This document shows positions 60,445 through 64,000 of a DNA stretch of 64,000 nucleotides, piece after piece. Position numbers and translations under genes: made by a program. Position 1 is the stretch's first letter; every line of letters starts with the position of its first letter. Origin of the DNA: Cycas panzhihuaensis (taxonomy: Eukaryota > Plantae > Cycadophyta); contig CM041465.1 in assembly GCA_023213395.1 (NCBI GenBank), positions 164,183,741 through 164,247,740 of the forward strand, written 5' to 3'. The notes below the pieces were generated by a model. It was not told where the DNA came from, did not search any database, and was given only the letters and a program-made list of their open reading frames with translations.

Positions 60445-60924
60445 AAAATAAGGTTTTTTTGAATGTAATAATTTTGATATATATGCTTAAATTAAAAAAT
60501 TAAAGAAGATTGTAGCATTTTTCTCAAATCTATTTTTAGTTTACTTTGCTAAAAAAATTTTGTACACCAATATTTGAAATCATTTTCTTGTGTAGAGATT
60601 TATCTAATTACTTGATGATGTCTGTTATGTTTTCTCTAATACCATGTTGGAGAGTGAGAAATGGAAAATAGATTATACAAAAATAATATGGATTACACAG
60701 ACACACGTCAAAGAACATTCAATAAATTGTACACAGATATTTGGATAGGTGGAAAATATATTTTAAGAATAAAAAACCACCTCAAATAATAATAAATAAT
60801 ATTATTAAAATACGTACTATATAACTTATATATCTGATCATCATCTCCTTTATTTTTAGGAAAGAAAATAGGATAATATAAATAGGTAAAGATAGGTAAC
60901 CACCTAATCAACCACTTTTTAATA
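60445..60924 (-). mobile_element. 5' end (LTR from 60645, PBS, short leader) of a further LTR element F; right boundary approximate
   Basis: ctctaatacca (minus-strand tggtattagag) at 60634-60644 directly followed by tgttggag. Confidence 0.55.
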
Positions 60925-63231
60925 ATATAATTTATAAAGTACTTTTATGAGGTTTACATTATAAGATAGCATTACTTGGTAATAGAACTTAATGCTTAAA
61001 TATAGAGCTAAATATTCTTATTGTTATAGTAGATAGAGGAGTATGGGATATAGAGTGATGAATTAATGTCAAAAAGAGATTTAATATTTGACCTTATTAT
61101 GAAATAATATTATGTTCCTCGTATATTTGGGAATATATGGGTGGAAAAGCTCAAGAACAAGCCATTATTGAATTTTAGGATATTGCACTGATTGGGAACA
61201 CTTTTTTAAGGGTTTTCTCATAATGTTTGACAAAATAATTATGGGGCAGTGGCATGAACATTAGATGAACCATATTAGAGAAGACTTTACAAACTTCAAA
61301 AATAAATATTTAAAGGAAGACAATGAAAAATACCATCAGAAAGCACTCTAAGAAGTCTTACATTGATTGGAAGCTCTATAGGAGACTATAAAAGAATATA
61401 CAAGGGAAATGAAAAAAATAGTTGGTTGAGGTAAAAAATAATCTAGTGAAGAGTTGATCAAGGAGTAAGATAAAAAAAAACAAGTGGAATGCATGAAGAG
61501 CTAAGTGATTAAATTAAAGAACAAGCTAATGAGAAGCCTTTCCATGAATAGTATGATAAAGCAATAAATGATTCACATAAATCAAGAAAGTAGACACCTA
61601 TTAATAAGTGGCTCAAAGAAGAATCTAAGATACAAGATGATTCAAAAGAGGTACTTGCTCTAAATTCTAATCTTAACTTGCATTTACCTATTTCTTTTAG
61701 AAATTTCTAGTTCATCTTGATTTCCTAAGCTCTATAACCTTGGAAGTTTTATACTTCCTTATACCATAAAATCTTGTAAACGAACTAAAACATAAGACCC
61801 ATACTCCTAGTAGATGAAATTCCTATTCCACTTGAACTATCCTTGTATGTCCCATTGACTAAGAAGTATATTTATCACCACCCCTATATTCCACATCTTC
61901 CAAACCCCTCTCATCAAGTTTTGACCCTTATTATTATTATTATACACCCAATATAAAAAGAATTTTCCTCTTCCCCTCTATATTCCCACTACTGACCTTC
62001 TCACTATCCTATACATTTTTCTATTCACCCTTTGTATTACTTTATAAATTATTTTTATATACCATTACCCAAATCCTTTTCCTATAAGAAATGCCTAGCC
62101 TTTACTCCCTACTTATTTCCCTTATCCCAATGAAACCCTAAATTCTCTTATAAATTTAGATTTATTTACTCTTCATTCTAAATAACATTAACTTCATCAT
62201 CCAGAAACCTTTTTTCTTTACCTCTTACCCAACCTAGGTATTATATATCATATTCTCCATTCAAATACTTATATATGATTTTCCTTAATTGTCCCCCTAA
62301 TATAACTCATTTATGCCTTATGATTTTCAATTCCCTATCATTAATATCTATTCATATATTACTTGCTTTATGTAATCTACACCTCACATTCTATATTTCC
62401 CACATGTAATTCTACATTTACATTCCTACCAATTGTTCCCAAAACCTACCTCCCCAATACAATTTCCATAATCGATGCCTTTCCCCTGTATTCCCTCATA
62501 TTCACCTTAAGAATAATAAGAAGTGAATGTAGTATACAAGTAGGAGGCAATGCCTTAGAACACATAAGTATAAGGATTGGTCAAGAAAAGAGTCACATAT
62601 AAAAACAAGTCTAAATAGAGTAATATCATAAATAGTAAGAGGATATATATAGGTTATCTTGAGAAGATGAGATAAAGGAGAATCAGAAGCATATGATATT
62701 TTGGCTTTAGTAGGTGGAGGATTGAAGACACATATAGGGAAATGCATACATCCAAATAACAAGGTTACAATATTTCATTAACAAAGTATTCTTTGAAAGA
62801 GGGATGGATAGTAACAATCTTAATCTATTGAAGAGAAGTTTATATTTTATTAGAAGTTGGTTTTATTATTATTATTAGGGAGTTTATATTTTTAAATTAA
62901 TATGAAGTCAACTATTATATTACGAAGCCAGTATTTTATTATTAACATTATTATTGAAGTTACTTTTTTAATAGGGAGTTATATTAACACCTATGAATAT
63001 GGGATACCCTTTATTTTATTATGTAAGTTTTATTTTTGGGTTAATCCAAATTTTATTTAGCACTTAGTTCCTAGGGCAATTTTGCTTTTTCAAATTTCAT
63101 TTTAGTTTTCTTCAGTGTTTGAAGAAGTAGATCCAATTTAGGATTACTTATGCTTAATATAAGAATAGTTATTATAACCTTTCTACTAGACTAAGACATA
63201 ATTTATTTCCCTAGAGAAGGAAGATATATTA

Positions 63232-63293
<62 letters not shown>

Positions 63294-63374
63294 TGAGTTT
63301 CTACTTGCTCTTTTACTGGCAATGGCATGGGAACCTTCACCATTTTTTTAACATTAGAATAAGGATTCCTTACA
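60925..63374 (+). mobile_element. Pol-less gag-type LTR element G (5' LTR tail, PBS-like site, gag-like region, pyrimidine-rich tract, PPT, 3' LTR ~62809-63374)
   Basis: acatt..ataag.at..c.ttac at ~60957-60975 matches ~63346-63373; tggtaatagaac 60977; YMGGKAQE...DWEHFFKGFLIMFD; PPT gaaagagggatgga ~62795-62808. Confidence 0.6.
63235..63290. repeat. (AT)n microsatellite, ~28 units
   Basis: Pure AT run. Confidence 0.99.
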
Positions 63375-63422
63375 TAGGAGGAATAAGAGTATAAATCTAA
63401 AAGGGATAATCTCATTTAGAAT

Positions 63423-64000
63423 TGGACCCTGTATTTTGATAGGGTTAGATCTAAGGTGGGAAATAGGAGCTAAAGTAGTACTAAAATCCCCTATTGGATA
63501 TACTCTACCATTTACCTACAAGCTAACCTTTAAGTATACTAATAATATTATAGAGTACAAATCACTAATCCTAGGGCTTTAAAAATCTCATAGATTGAAG
63601 ATTAAACTACAAGGGTCTGTGCAAATTCTGATCTAACAATATAACAAGTCAAAGCCTTTGGTGTATCAAGTATAAAAGATTGAAGCCTTATAAGCATAGA
63701 GTATTGGAGCTCATTAATGGTTTTGAAGATATCAACATTGAGTATATTACTAGAAAGCATAATTAATTTGGTGATTCTCTTGTAATGGCAATAAATCTAT
63801 TGGAAAATATTATAGAAGTGGGTTGTAACCAAGAATAGTATAGACAATTACTAGGGTTGCAATCCCAGATAATGTATAAAACTAGCAAGTATTTAATGAT
63901 GATAAGCATACATAAAAATTTATTCAAAAAAATGACAACTTTGTTGGTTTATATTTAGAAGAATTTGAATAGTTAGTAGAGAAAGAAAAATTGGGACCAC
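63423..64000 (+). pseudogene. Ty3/gypsy Tat/Ogre-type additional RNase H domain and linker (pol fragment continuing out of the window)
   Basis: WTLYFDRVRSKVG.GAKVVLKSP...YKLTFKYTNNIIEYKSLILGL...NSDL..*QVK...YKHRVLELINGFEDINIEYITRKHN*FGDSL. Confidence 0.85.

Overview
AT-rich plant heterochromatin-type DNA made almost entirely of nested, decayed retrotransposons. No host protein-coding gene, RNA gene or CRISPR array can be supported. Left part: a four-level nest, in which an old L1 LINE (19762-~24760) is interrupted by a Ty3/gypsy Tekay-like chromovirus with ~3.4 kb LTRs (8402-19761); its 5' LTR is interrupted by a minus-strand Ty1/copia (5725-8401), whose gag is interrupted by a much younger GC-rich L1 LINE with RNase H (1-5724). 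Middle: a chromovirus integrase remnant, an internally deleted CRM-like element and two LTR/PPT remnants of apparently pol-less elements. Right part: two convergent copia elements of one family (36685-44058 + and 44059-60444 -) fused at a deletion junction. The second hosts three complete non-autonomous LTR elements with exact 5-bp TSDs: a gag-only element (TSD GAGAT) and two copies of a family with a compressed pol mosaic (TSDs AATCT, AATGG). The window ends with another gag-only element and a Tat/Ogre-type RNase H fragment. Most notable: a U5 patch that sorts by 5'/3' LTR position instead of by element, a Q/G/P/Y heptad repeat in a copia Gag, pol-less element families, a quasi-palindromic microsatellite grown inside an LTR, and pervasive non-CG C>T decay. 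All calls come from reading and hand-aligning the sequence; no database search was run.
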